Source: Centroscyllium fabricii
Taxonomy: Eukaryota
Direction of reading: 5' to 3'
Assembly: GCA_051313645.2 (NCBI GenBank)
Contig: JBNRSN020000184.1
Coordinates: 434,001 to 498,000 of the forward strand
Length of the DNA: 64,000 nt
The translations under genes and the position numbers were made by a program. The notes below the pieces were generated by a model that saw nothing but the letters and a program-made list of their open reading frames with translations, was not told the DNA's origin and did not search any database. This document shows positions 1-12,322 of this stretch, one piece after another (within the stretch, counting starts at the first letter, position 1; every line of letters begins with the position of its first letter).

Positions 1-1473
1 ACTAGTGGGGTGCCGCAAGGATCGGTGCTGGGGCCCCAGCTATTCATAATCTATATCAATGATTTGGATGAGGGGACTAAATGTAACATTTCCAAATTTG
101 ATGATACAAAGCTAGGTGGCAGTGTCAGTAGCGAAGAGGCTTCAAGGGGATCTCGACAGGCTCAGTGAGTGGGCAAGAACATGGCAGATGGAATATAATG
201 TGGATATTAGGGGAGGCGGTGGCATAGTGGTTATGTCACTAGACTAGTAAGCCAGAGGCTCAGTCAAATGCTCTGAGGATATGGGTTCAAATCCCACCAC
301 GGCAGCTGGTGGAATTTAAATTCAATTCAATTCTGGAATTAAATGCTAGTCTTAGTAATGGCGACAATGGCAATTGTTGCAAAAACCCATCTGGTTCACT
401 AATATCCTTTAGGGAAGGAAATCTGCCGTCCTTACCTGGTCTGGCCTACATGTGACTCCAGACCCACAGCAATGTGGTTGACTCTTAACGCCCTCTGAAA
501 TGGCCCAGCAAGCCACTCAGTTGTAAACAACCGCTACGAAAAACAATAAGACTGCAGCGGTTCAAGAAGGTGGCTCACCACCATCTTCTCAAGGGCAATT
601 AGGGATGGGCACTAAATGCAGGCCTAGCCAGCCAGCGACACCCACATCCCATCAATGGATTAAAAAAAAAAAAAAAAAATTTAATGTGAAGTTATCCACT
701 TTGGTAGAAAAAACAGAAAGACGGAGTATTTCCTAAATGGTGAAAGATTGGGGAATGCAGATGCTCAAAGAGACCTGGGTGTCCTTGTACATGAGTCACT
801 GAAAGTGAATGTGCAGGTGCAGCAAGCCATTAGGAAGGCAAATGGTATGCTGGCCTTCATTACAAGAGGATTTGAGTACAGGAGTAAAGAAGTCTTACTC
901 CAATTATATAGGGCCTTGGTGAGACCACACCTGGAGTACTGTGTACAATTTTGGGTTCCTTACCTAAGGAAGGATAAACTTGCCATAGAGCGAGTGCAAC
1001 AAAGGTTCACGAGATTGATTCCTGGGATGGCAGGACTGTCGTATGAGAAGAGATTGAGTAAACTAGGCCTGTATTCTCTTGAATTCAGAAGAATATGAGG
1101 GGATCTCATTGAAGCAGACACAAATATTACAGGGCTTGATAGGGTGGATGCTGGGAGAATGTTTCCCTTGGCTGGGGAGTCTGGAACCAGGGGCCACAGC
1201 CTCAGGATAAAGGGGCGGCCATTCAGGAATGAGATAAGAAATTTCTTCACACAGAGGGTGGTGAATCTTTGGAATTCTCTACCCCAGAGGGCTGTGGAGG
1301 CTCAGTCATTGGGTATATTCAAAACAGAAGTGGATAGATTTCTGACTAGTAAGGGCATCAAGAGAAATGGCGATATGGAGTTGAGGCAGAAGATCAGCCA
1401 TGATCTCATTGAATGGCGGAGCGGGCTCGAGGGGCCGAATGGCCGACTCCTGCTCCTATTTCTTATGTTCTTG
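1..1473 (+). mobile_element. CR1-clade (HER1-like) LINE, 3' part: RT C-terminus and 3' tail, interrupted by a SINE
   Basis: Encodes [34 protein letters not shown] and FFTQRVVNLWNSLP. Tail GAATGGCCGACTCCTGCTCCTATTTCTTATGTTCTTG. Confidence 0.9.
209..679 (+). mobile_element. tRNA-derived SINE whose 3' tail matches the second CR1-like LINE family in this window
   Basis: A box TGGCATAGTGG and B box GGTTCAAATCC. Tail GACTGCAGCGGTTCAAGAAGG...CCCACATCCC matches LINE ends at 15696-15791 and 59900-59996. Ends in poly(A). Confidence 0.85.
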
Positions 1474-1543
1474 TGTAATTCCTTATCTTAACTAAAGGGA
1501 TTTTGTTTGGACCACTTTTCTAATTAAATGATCTCGTGCTAAT

Positions 1544-2271
1544 GGCCCAGAAACTCGGGTCGGAGGCTTCCCGCGAGTGTAAGCCTCCAACCTGCACTTA
1601 CCTAGCGCGCCGGCCGTTGAGCTGTGGGCCCGCGTGGAATTCCGACGCGGGGCCTTCCTCAAGTGCCGCGCTCCCCTATCTGAGAAGCGCAGATAGTGTG
1701 AGGGATCGCGCGGGATCACGTGGGCCACGGAGAGCCAATCAAAGCACAGAATGCTCCACTCATAAGTATGAAAGCCACAAGCCCCAAACATCACTAAATC
1801 TTCAAATAAATATTATTATTTTTTTTAAATCACATTTTTTTAAAACTATTACTTGAATAACTATTTTAAACAATAATTAAAATTTTTGAAAAAATTATTT
1901 ACAGTTTGGAACAGGGCTTAAAATAAACTTACCTTTCTTTAAAGTATTTAAAAATAAAAAACCTGTGGAAAAACTCTCTTAATTTGAATTAATTCACCAC
2001 TTACCTTCTGAAAACCAGTCTTTGCACATTAAAAAGCAGCCGTAACCTTTTCATACTTTCCCGGACACAGAACCTGTAAAAAAATCGTAGTGCATTGCGC
2101 ACTCGCTGTCGCTCCCGCACACGCGTTCTGACCCCTGACCCCTTCTGTCAGGGGATCGGAAGTGCCGGTTTCGCGCGCATGCGCTGTGCATGCACGAATC
2201 CGGCACTTCGGATGGGCCTAACGGTGAGTACCCAGCGCGCACTCACGCTTTGGGAACGGAATTTCTGGGCC
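1544..2271. mobile_element. Non-autonomous DNA transposon (MITE), PIF/Harbinger-like
   Basis: TIR GGCCCAGAAA...TTTCTGGGCC with AAT on both flanks. Homologous in opposite orientation to 39765-40513. Confidence 0.8.
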
Positions 2272-2583
2272 AATATCTCCTGTTAATGCTGCAGCCCCGT
2301 TTCCCATTCTTTATTCCCAGTCCCTCAAGGTTGTGTGTTCAGGTCTATCAGCAATCCTGACCCAGCTGCAGATAGGTTATTTTAAATCAATGATTAGTTC
2401 CCTCGTTGTACTTCTTGCTCCCCATGCATTAATAAACCAATATTGGAGTTTGGATTCCCTTAGTTTGGTCAATTCATTTTCTTCCTCCTCCATTGCGATT
2501 TACTTTTTAACTATCCTGGCCGGTTCGATCCACCTTGTTACTTATTCCCAAATCAGAGAGATTCAGACACAGCAAAGAAACAA

Positions 2584-3172
2584 AAGCAAAATACTGTAGA
2601 TGCTGGAAAGCTGAAATAAAAACAGAGAATGCTGGAAATACTCAGCAGGCCCAGCAGCATCTGTGAGAAACAGAGTTAACGTATCATAGAAGCATAGAAG
2701 ATAGGAGCAGGAGTAGGCCATTCGGCCCTTCGAGCCTGCTCTGCCATTCAATGAGATCATGGCTGATCTTTGGCTGAGATCATGGCTGATCTTTCAAGTT
2801 CAGTACCCAGTCCCCGCCTTCTCTCCGTAACCCTTAATCCCTTCAGCCTGAAGAAATATATCCAATTCCCTCTTAAATATATTTAATGAACTGGCCTCCA
2901 CTGCCCTCTGTGGCAAGGAATTCCACAGGCTCACCACTCTCTGGGTGAAGAAATTCTTCCTCATATCTGTCCTAAATGGTTTACCCCTTATCCTTACACT
3001 GTGGCCCCTGGTTCTGGACTCCCCCGCCATTGGAAACATTCTTTCTGAATCTAACCTGTCCAGGCCTGTCAGATTTTTATATGTTTTGATGAGATCCCCT
3101 CATCGAAACATATAAAATTGAAGGGTCATCGACCTGAAACGTTAGCATCTGTAGAGAGAGAAACAAAGTTGA
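2584..3172. mobile_element. Remnant of Penelope-derived fold-back element (family 2), disrupted by a CR1 insertion
   Basis: 2584-2682 is homologous to the left arm of 62909-63105. 3120-3144 GAAGGGTCATCGACCTGAAACGTTA is the stem II/GAAA half of a hammerhead motif. Confidence 0.6.
2685..3101 (-). mobile_element. CR1 LINE 3' end, young subfamily
   Basis: ORF 2800-3039 encodes FFTQRVVSLWNSLPQRAVEA. Nearly identical to 56406-56822, including a duplicated GAGATCATGGCTGATCTTT in the 3' UTR. Confidence 0.9.
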
Positions 3173-3705
3173 CAGAGCAAAGAAACTTCTGTACCTTACC
3201 CTGGTATAGTTAACCTCTCCGTGAAGGTATCAATCCCAGCTTGGTTTAAATTCTAATGTAATCAAAGATGAATAGGATGGCAATGTTGAAACGAGCATTT
3301 ACCAGTGGGAATTAGGGGCTGATTATATGTCTGGCTGCATTATAGTCACTAAATATCAAAGTAATTCATTACACGCAAAGTGCTTCGAGATATTTCAGAG
3401 ACACAAGAAGCTATATAAATACAAGCCTTGCTTTCAAACAAAGACTCAGGAAGACCAAACTCCCTAAACAATCTGCTTCATCTACAAACTTATTTCTACT
3501 TTGTTATTAAAACAGTCACACAAAAACCTTCCGTCCAGTTAACCAGTGTTATTTTCCAGTAACTTCTCAACTACATTAAGTTGATCTGACTTATGTCACC
3601 ATATATGGATACAATAGAATCTTCAGTACATCCATTCCAAGCCTCGCCTTCCACACATAACTAGCAAGGAACAGCTCAATTCAAAGCAAAAAGCAGGATT
3701 GCAGC

Positions 3706-6700
3706 ACATAATATTGACCTGTCCTGGGAGTGCTCACGGTGTAATATTCACCTGTCCCGGGAGTGCTCACGGTGTAATAATCACCTGTCCCAGGAGTACT
3801 CACGGTGTAATATTCACCTGTCCCAGGAGTGCTCACGGTGTAATAATCACCTGTCCCAGGAGTACTCACGGTGTAATATTCACCTGTCCCAGGTGTGCTC
3901 ACGGTGTAATATTCACCTGTCCCAGGAGTGCTCACGGTGTAATATTCACCTGTCCCGGGAGTGCTCAGGGTGTAATATTCACCTGTCCCAGGAGTGCTCA
4001 CGGTGTAATATTCACCTGTCCCGGGAGTGCTCACAGTGTAATATTCACCTGTCCCGGGAGTGCTCACGGTGTAATATTCACCTGTCCCAGGAGTGCTCAC
4101 GGTGTAATATTCACCTGTCCCAGGAGTGCTCACGGTGTAATATTCACCTGTCCCGGGAGTGCTCACAGTGTAATATTCACCTGTCCCGGGAGTGCTCACG
4201 GTGTAATATTCACCTGTCCCGGGAGTGCTCACGGTGTAATATTCACCTGTCCTGGGAGTGCTCACGGTGTAATATTCACCTGTCCCGGGAGTGCTCACGG
4301 TGTAATATTCACCTGTCCTGGGAGTGCTCACGGTGTAATATTCACCTGTCCCGGGAGTGCTCACAGTGTAATATTCACCTGTCCTGGGAGTGCTCAGTGT
4401 AATATTCACCTGTCCCGAGAGTGCTCACGGTGTAATATTCACCTGTCCCGGGAGTGCTCACGGTGTAATATTCACCTGTCCCGGGAGTGCTCACAGTGTA
4501 ATATTCACCTGTCCTGGGAGTGCTCAGTGTAATATTCACCTGTCCCGGGAGTGCTCACGGTGTAATATTCACCTGTCCCGAGAGTGCTCACGGTGTAATA
4601 TTCACCTGTCCCAGGAGTGCTCACGGTGTAATATTCACCTGTCCTGGGAGTGTTCACGGTGTAATATTCACCTGTCCCAGGAGTGTTCACGGTGTAATAT
4701 TCACCTGTCCCAGGAGTGCTCACGGTGTAATATTCACCTGTCCCAGGAGAGCTCACGGTGTAATATTCACCTGTCCCAGAAGTGCTCACGGTGTAATATT
4801 CACCTGTCCCAGGAGTGCTCACGGTGTAATATTCACCTGTCCCGGGAGTGCTCACGGTGTAATATTCACCTGTCCCGGGAGTGCTCACAGTGTAATATTC
4901 ACCTGTCCCAGGAGTGCTCACGGTGTAATATTCACCTGTCCCGGGAGTGCTCACGGTGTAATATTCACCTGTCCCAGGAGTGCTCACAGTGTAATATTCA
5001 CCTGTCCCGGGAGTGCTCACGGTGTAATATTCACCTGTCCCGGGAGTGCTCACGGTGTAATATTCACCTGTCCCGGGAGTGCTCACGGTGTAATATTCAC
5101 CTGTCCCGAGAGTGCTCACGGTGTAATATTCACCTGTCCCGAGAGTGCTCACGGTGTAATATTCACCTGTCCCAGGAGTGCTCACGGTGTAATATTCACC
5201 TGTCCCAGGAGTGCTCACGGTGTAATATTCACCTGTCCCGGGAGTGCTCACGGTGTAATATTCACCTGTCCCGAGAGTGCTCACGGTGTAATATTCACCT
5301 GTCCCGGGAGTGCTCACGGTGTAATATTCACCTGTCCCGGGAGTGCTCACGGTGTAATATTCACCTGTCCCGGGAGTGCTCACGGTGTAATATTCACCTG
5401 TCCCAGGAGCGCTCACGGTGTAATATTCACCTGTCCCGGGAGTGCTCACGGTGTAATATTCACCTGTCCCAGGAGTGCTCACGGTGTAATATTCACCTGT
5501 CCCAGGAGTGCTCACGGTGTAATATTCACCTGTCCCAGGAGTGCTCACGGTGTAATATTCACCTGTCCCAGGAGTGCTCACGGTGTAATATTCACCTGTC
5601 CCGGGAGTGCTCACGGTGTAATATTCACCTGTCCCAGGAGTGCTCACGGTGTAATATTCACCTGTCCCAGGAGTGCTCACGGTGTAATATTCACCTGTCC
5701 CACGAGTGCTCACGGTGTAATATTCACCTGTCCCACGAGTGCTCACAGTGTAATATTCACCTGTCCCAGGAGTGCTCACGGTGTAATATTCACCTGTCCC
5801 GGGAGTGCTCACGGTGTAATATTCACCTGTCCCAGGAGTGCTCACGGTGTAATATTCACCTGTCCCAGGAGTGCTCACGGTGTAATATTCACCTGTCCCA
5901 CGAGTGCTCAGTGTAATATTCACCTGTCCCAGGAGTGCTCACGGTGTAATATTCACCTGTCCCACGAGTGCTCACAGTGTAATATTCACCTGTCCCAGGA
6001 GTGCTCACGGTGTAATATTCACCTGTCCCAGGAGTGCTCACGGTGTAATATTCACCTGTCCCAGGAGTGCTCACTGTAATATTCACCTGTCCCGGGAGTG
6101 CTCACGGTGTAATATTCACCTGTCCCGGGAGTGCTCATGGTGTAATATTCACCTGTCCCAGGAGTGCTCACGGTGTAATATTCACCTGTCCCAGGAGTAC
6201 TCACGGTGTAATATTCACCTGTCCCGGGAGTGCTCACGGTGTAATATTCACCTGTCCCGGGAGTGCTCACGGTGTAATATTCACCTGTCCCAGGAGTGCT
6301 CACGGTGTAATATTCACCTGTCCCAGGAGTACTCACGGTGTAATATTCACCTGTCCCGGGAGTGCTCACGGTGTAATATTCACCTGTCCCAGGAGTACTC
6401 ACGGTGTAATATTCACCTGTCCCGGGGGTGCTCACGGTGTAATATTCACCTGTCCCAGGAGTGCTCACAGTGTAATATTCACCTGTCCCAGGAGTGCTCA
6501 CGGTGTAATATTCACCTGTCCCGGGAGTGCTCACGGTGTAATATTCACCTGTCCCAGGAGTACTCACGGTGTAATATTCACCTGTCCCGGGGGTGCTCAC
6601 GGTGTAATATTCACCTGTCCCAGGAGTGCTCACGGTGTAATATTCACCTGTCCCGGGGGTGCTCACGGTGTAATATTCACCTGTCCCGGGAGTGCTCACG

Positions 6701-7222
6701 GTGTAATATTCACCTGTCCCAGGAGTGCTCACGGTGTAATATTCACCTGTCCCGGGAGTGCTCACGGTGTAATATTCACCTGTCCCGGGGGTGCTCACGG
6801 TGTAATATTCCCCTTTCCCGGGAGTGCTCACGGTGTAATATTCACCTGTCCCAGGAGTGCTCACGGTGTAATATTCACCTGTCCCAGGAGTGCTCACGGT
6901 GTAATATTCACCTGTCCCAGGAGTGCTCACGGTGTAATATTCACCTGTCCCGGGAGTGCTCACGGTGTAATATTCACCTGTCCCGGGGGTGCTCACAGTG
7001 TAATATTCCCCTTTCCCGGGAGTGCTCACGGTGTAATATTCACCTGTCCCGGGAGTGCTCACGGTGTAATATTCACCTGTCCCAGGAGTGCTCACAGTGT
7101 AATATTCACCTGTCCCGAGAGTGCTCAGTGTAATATTCCCCTTTCCCGGGAGTGCTCACAGTGTAATATTCCCCTTTCCCGGGAGTGCTCACAGTGTAAT
7201 ATTCACCTGACCCAGGAGTACA
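3706..7222. repeat. 33-bp minisatellite, about 106 units
   Basis: Head-to-tail GTGTAATATTCACCTGTCCCRGGAGTGCTCACG with no spacers; occasional 31-bp units. Confidence 0.98.
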
Positions 7223-7391
7223 GTGGAGGGAGTGGACAGAGTGGATGTTTAGTGGTGTTTGTGCTCCCGATTGCTTTGTCTTCGATGGAGTCAGGTTACA
7301 TGTAATTCAAAAACATCTTAGCACCACTTAGTGGTCAATTTAAGGAACTGCAGTAAGTTTATTGTATTTTTCTATTCGTCAATTACTGTCA

Positions 7392-7795
7392 CATAGAAAC
7401 ATAGAAGATAAGAGCAGGAGTAGGCCATTCGGCCATTCGAGCCTGCTCCGCCATTCAACGAGATCATGGCTGATCATCCAAACCCAGTACCCTGTCCCTG
7501 CTTTGTCCCCATATCCCTCGATCCCTATCGAGCCTGCACCGACACATATCCCACGCTATCCCCGTAACCCCACATATTCAATCCCCCTAACACTAAGGGT
7601 CAATTTATCCTGGCCAATCAACCTAACCCGCACATCTTTGGACTGTGGGAGGAAACCGGAGCACCCGGAGGAAAGCCACACAGACACGGGGAGAATGTGC
7701 AAACTCCACACAGATAGTCACCCGAGGCTGGATTTGAACCCGGGTCTCCAGTGCTGTGAGGCACCAGTGCTAACCACCGTGCCACCGTGCCGCCC
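7392..7795 (-). mobile_element. V-SINE (HE1-like)
   Basis: tRNA head, V-domain TGTGTGGAGTTTGCACATTCTCCCCGTG..., CR1-type tail, TGTCACAT duplicated at the flanks. Confidence 0.9.
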
Positions 7796-7818
7796 ATTGT
7801 CACATCAACTCGCCTCCT

Positions 7819-10238
7819 GTGCAGCGTAGTCTCGGATTGAGCTGGGACCTTCGGAAGGACGTGTTCACATTCCGCGTTGCCAACAGTGAGAAGCCATTCA
7901 CTCGCAGAGGCGTCCTTGCAACTGTAAACAGCTTGTTCAACCCCCTTGGTCTTGTTGCGCCCATCACCATCCAAGGGAAACTCTTACTAAGAGAGCTCAC
8001 CAGCAACACCATTGACTGGGATGCCCCCCTCCCAGCTGAAAAGGAGACAGAATGGATTTCTCGGAGAGACTCATTGTGAGATCTCGAAGAGTTTGAAACC
8101 CCTCGAGCCGACACTGCAACTTCCCTCTCCAACGCTCAGAGTACAGAGATCCACATCTTCTCAGATTCTTTCATAAAGGCCATTGCAGCAGTAGCATATC
8201 TCAAGCGGACAGGTCTTGATGGAACATACCACATCGGTTTCATCATGGGGAAAGCCAAGTTCGCCCCTATGTTGATCCACACTGTTCCCAGGCTTGAGTT
8301 ATGTGCTGCTGTCCTGGCAATAGAAGTTGCAGAGCTGGTTATGAGTGAGCTGGACATCAAACTAGACGCTTTGAAGATCTACACGGACAGCAAGGTGGTG
8401 TTGGGGTACATCTACAATGAAACCAGGAGGTTTTATGTATACGTCCGCAACAGGGTGCAACGGATCAGGAAATTATCTCGCCCTGAGCAGTGGCATTACG
8501 TCCCCACCAGCCAGAACCCTGCAGATGTTGCTACCAAATCAGTGCCGGCAGCACGCCTCTCAGACACCAATTGGCTTACCGGTCCCGATTTCCTGTCCCA
8601 TTCTGTGGAGACAGAGATTACTGAGGAAACACCTTACGATCTCATTGATTCTGAGTCGGATACAGAGGTACGATCTCACATCACTACGTGCACCGACTCA
8701 CACACCGGTCTTGGCTCTCAACACTTTGAACGGTTTTCAACATGGCAATCTCTCATCAGAGCTATAGCTTCTCTCATCCCCATTGCTCCGTCCTTCAAGT
8801 CTGAAACAAACAAGCAGAGAAAAGACTGCCGTGGTTGGCATCATTGCTCAAAGCCTCACTCAGCTGATGTCCTGCCACGAGCAAAGGCCATCATCATTGG
8901 ATGTGTGCAGAATGAAGCATACCAAGCTGAGTTAACTTGCTTGAACAAAGGAAAAGACAGTCCTAGAAACAGTCCACTGAGGAAGCTCAACCCTGACCTA
9001 GATGACAATGGCCTCCTCAGAATAGGTGGTCGGCTCCAACATGCTGCACTCGACACAGCAGAGAAACACCCTCACATCATACCTGGCCATAGCCATGTTT
9101 CTACTCTACTGACAAACCACTACCACGAGAGGGTTAAGCACCAGGGCCGTGTCTTCACTGAGGGAGCCATCCGTTCAGATGGCATCTGGATAGTTGGGGG
9201 CCAAGAAATGTATCACCAGCAATCTACGTAAGTGTGTTACATGCAACAAACTCCGTGGGAGGACAGCAGAGCAGAGGATGGCAAATCTTCCCTCTGATCG
9301 CCTCAGCACAGAGCCACTCTTTACGAACGTGGGTCTGGATGTGTTCGGCCCCTGGAACATATCTACTCGCCGTACCCGTGGAGGTGCAGCAAACAGTAAA
9401 AGGTGGGCAGTTCTTTTCACGTGCCTAAGTGTACGAGCCGTGCACATTGAGCTCAGAGTCAATGGACACTTCGAGCTTTGTCAATGCTCGATGGCGCTTC
9501 TTTGCTGTCCGTGGTCCTGTAAAGCTGATCCGCTCCGACTGTGGCACAAACTTCAAGGGAGCCTGCAAAGAACTGCGAATCCTTCTAGAAGACGCACATG
9601 AGCCCAGTGTGTCAAGATACATCAGTGAGGAAGGATGCACATGGATCTTTAACCCACCTCACTCGTCCCATATGGGTGGAGTGTGGGAAAGGATGATCAG
9701 GGAAGACGAATCTTAGACTCCATGCTTTCACAAGTTGGTCCTTCACGTCTCACCCACGAGGTGCTTTCAACCCTCATGGCAGAGGTAACGGCAATAATCA
9801 ACGCAAGACCTCTCACCCCCATCTCTACTGATGCTGACTCACCTTTCTTCCTGACTCCAGCGACAATCCTGACCCAAAGTCTGTACCCCTCTTCCTCCTC
9901 CAGGGTCCTTTGAGAATGCAGATCTGCACCATCAACAGTGGAAGAGGGTCCAGCATCTTGCCAACACCTTTTGGCAGAGGTGGAGACGAGAGTATCTCTC
10001 TACGCTCCAAAGCCCAAGCAAATGGCAGGATAGTCGGCCCAACGTCAAAGAAGGAGACTTAGTGCTGCTCAGAGATACTCAGGTGAAAAGGAACCTGTGG
10101 CCCATGGCTCTGGTCACTAAAGCCCACCCTGACCGTGATGGCAAGGTCAGAAAGCTCGAGCTTAAGGTCACCAAAGGTGGGACCGTAAAGACTTTCCTCA
10201 GGCCCATTACAGAAGTGGTGGTGCTTATGTCTCCCTAA
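7819..10238 (+). pseudogene. BEL/Pao pol remnant (RNase H, integrase) with stops and frameshifts
   Basis: ORF pieces 7819-8079, 8245-9231, 9194-9601, 9429-9716 and 9683-9913 carry successive Pao pol motifs. Confidence 0.88.
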
Positions 10239-10755
10239 ACCTCTAACATGGCCAGTTCCTTTCGTTAGTTTGTTAAAGGCCCTGTCACACCTTGACGTTT
10301 TAGCTTGCGTATGCAAATTTGGCCGATACGCTGGTATACGTTGGACAAGTTATGGGTACGTTATGCATACGGTAAGAGCACGTTGCCATACGCTGGACAT
10401 AAGCTGTATACGTCGTTTAAGTCGTGATTTTTTGTGCATGCACAAAAAATCACGACGTATAAATGTAACTCTTTATACGCTCAGCATACGCTGAACATAC
10501 GTTGCAGGCACGTTAGGCGATCGTTGACACACTTTAGTCATACGTCATAATACGTCGAGATAATGCCTATTTTTCCAGGAACTTATGTCTAACCTATGAG
10601 TAACGTGCTTTGAACTTATGCGTAACGTATCTCCAACGCATATTGACGTATGTAGACGTATTTGACGTCTTGCGGACGACCACAGACCTTACTGAACGTG
10701 TTTCTAACTTACAGCTAACGTATAATGGCGTACTGGCAGCGTTTAGGGAATTTGG

Positions 10756-10765
10756 TATATAAAAA
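10756..10765 (+). promoter_or_regulatory. Putative TATA box of Harbinger 1 transposase
   Basis: TATATAAAAA about 75 bp upstream of the ATG. Harbinger 2 has an equivalent motif at 51583-51593 (minus). Confidence 0.5.
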
Positions 10766-10835
10766 GGGGTTTCACAGGAGGAACCAGTCAGTGTTCCAGA
10801 CTCCATGGTGAGCAGGTGTCCATGTAATCCAAGAG

Positions 10836-11908
10836 ATGGAGGATCCGGCAAGACGAGAATTACTACTAGCTGTCCTCCAACATCAACAAGCACTCTTCGA
10901 TTTTGCACTGTACCAGAGGCGTGCCAAAAGAGCCAAGAGAAGATTAGCTGAATGGAGGAGAAGGAACTGGGTGAGACCATGGATCGGGAGGCGACGGCAG
11001 TTTGGCATGTATGACCAGCTCATGGTGGAACTCCGTAACGAGGACCATGCATCCTTCACCAACTTCCTGCGTATGCCCCCAGCGATGTTCAACGAGCTGC
11101 TAGCCAGAGTGGGTCCAAGGATAACCAAGCAGTACACCTTCTACAGGGATCCGCTTGAGCCTGGCATGAAGCTGGCACTGACTTTGCGTCACCTTGCCTC
11201 TGGAAACAAGTATGCCTCGATGAAGTTCGCATGGAGGGTCCCTCACAACACCCAGTCCATAGTGGTCAGAGAAGTCTGTCAAGCCATTATTGACGAATAC
11301 GTGGATGAGGTGATGGTTTGCCCAACTACTCCTGATGGTTGGCGCGCCATAGCTGACAAGTTCTTCCAAAGATGGAACTTTCCCCATACATGTGGGGCAC
11401 TTGACGGGAAGCACGTGGCCTGCCGCTGTCCTCCAAAGACTGGGTCACAGTACTACAATTACAAAGGATTCTACTCCATTGTTCTGATGGCGCTTGTAGA
11501 TGCAGACTACAAATTTATTTGGGCAGATGTCGGCGGTACTGGATCTGCATCAGATGCGCAGATATACAATGGCTCTGAGCTAAAGGAATGCGCTGAAGAC
11601 GGTACCCTTGGTTTCACTGACCCTGAGCCTCTTCCCTACGACAACCAGGACGTGCCTTACTTCTTCATCGGTGACGATGCCTTCGCCTTACGACCAACCA
11701 TGATGAAGCCATTCAGCCTCCGTGGAATGACGAATGAAGAACGCATCTTCAACTACAGGCTTAGCCGAGCAAGAAGGGTAGTAGAAAATGCATTCGGCAT
11801 CCTGGCTAACAGATTCCAGGTTCTGCTAAGTACCATGCAGCATCACCCCTCCACTGTCAAGCTCATTGTCAAAGCATGCTTGATCCTGCACAACCTCATG
11901 AGGACCAG
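10836..11908 (+). CDS. Harbinger (HARBI1-like, DDE_Tnp_4) transposase, exon 1 of 2
   Basis: Motifs ALDGKH, YNYKGFYS, GDDAF and RRVVENAFG. Donor AG|GTAATT at 11909. Confidence 0.93.
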
Positions 11909-12105
11909 GTAATTAATGTTTACATAGCATATATTATACAGTATACAATGAAATTTAACTTTTAGCCTATGCTTATAAACATTATATGATTTACCTTAAA
12001 TTTTACATGTATCATTATATTACTTTTTAATGTACAGCGCATTAGAATATATGTTTTCATTATAGGTGCGCTTTATAAGTAAATAAAATCAAATTCAAAT
12101 TCCAG

Positions 12106-12322
12106 GTACCCAGGACTACAGAACCAGCAGCTTGACCAGGCAGAAAATGAGAACCGCGACCTTGTTCCAGGAGCATGGCGAAAGGGACATCAGTTGGAGG
12201 ATACACAGACAGCTGCTGGCCCCAACACTGCCTCCAAGGACGGAAGGAAACAGAGGAATCTCCTCAAGCACTGGGTTAACTCCACAGCTGGCGCAGTTCC
12301 GTGGCAAGATAGGATGATTTAG
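12106..12322 (+). CDS. Harbinger transposase, exon 2 of 2 (spliced product 429 aa)
   Basis: Acceptor TTCCAG|. Continues in frame as (R)YPGLQNQQLD...VPGAWRKG...WVNSTAGAVPWQDRMI*, which aligns with the C-terminus of the 50272-51549 transposase (IPGAWRDG...FNSAAGSVPWQDRM). Confidence 0.9.

Noticed and set aside
3190-3260. Possible further STIMATE exon at the minus-strand donor-like CAGG|GTAAGG
   Set aside because: The translation does not resemble the expected next segment (DPLQCGAW...). That exon and exon 1 were not found in the window.
4032-4070. RAG heptamer CACAGTG/CACGGTG in the minisatellite units
   Set aside because: There is no nonamer at 12- or 23-bp spacing and no V/J segments nearby.
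3706-7222. CRISPR-like array of ~33-bp repeats
   Set aside because: The units are contiguous with no unique spacers, there are no cas genes, and the context is a vertebrate intron.
3681-7305. Long ORFs (CSRCNIHLSRE, GEYYTVSTPGT and VIFTCPGSAHG repeats) resembling Cys/His-rich proteins
   Set aside because: They are a by-product of a 33-bp unit lacking stops in three frames. Frames switch at 31-bp units and there is no codon-position bias.
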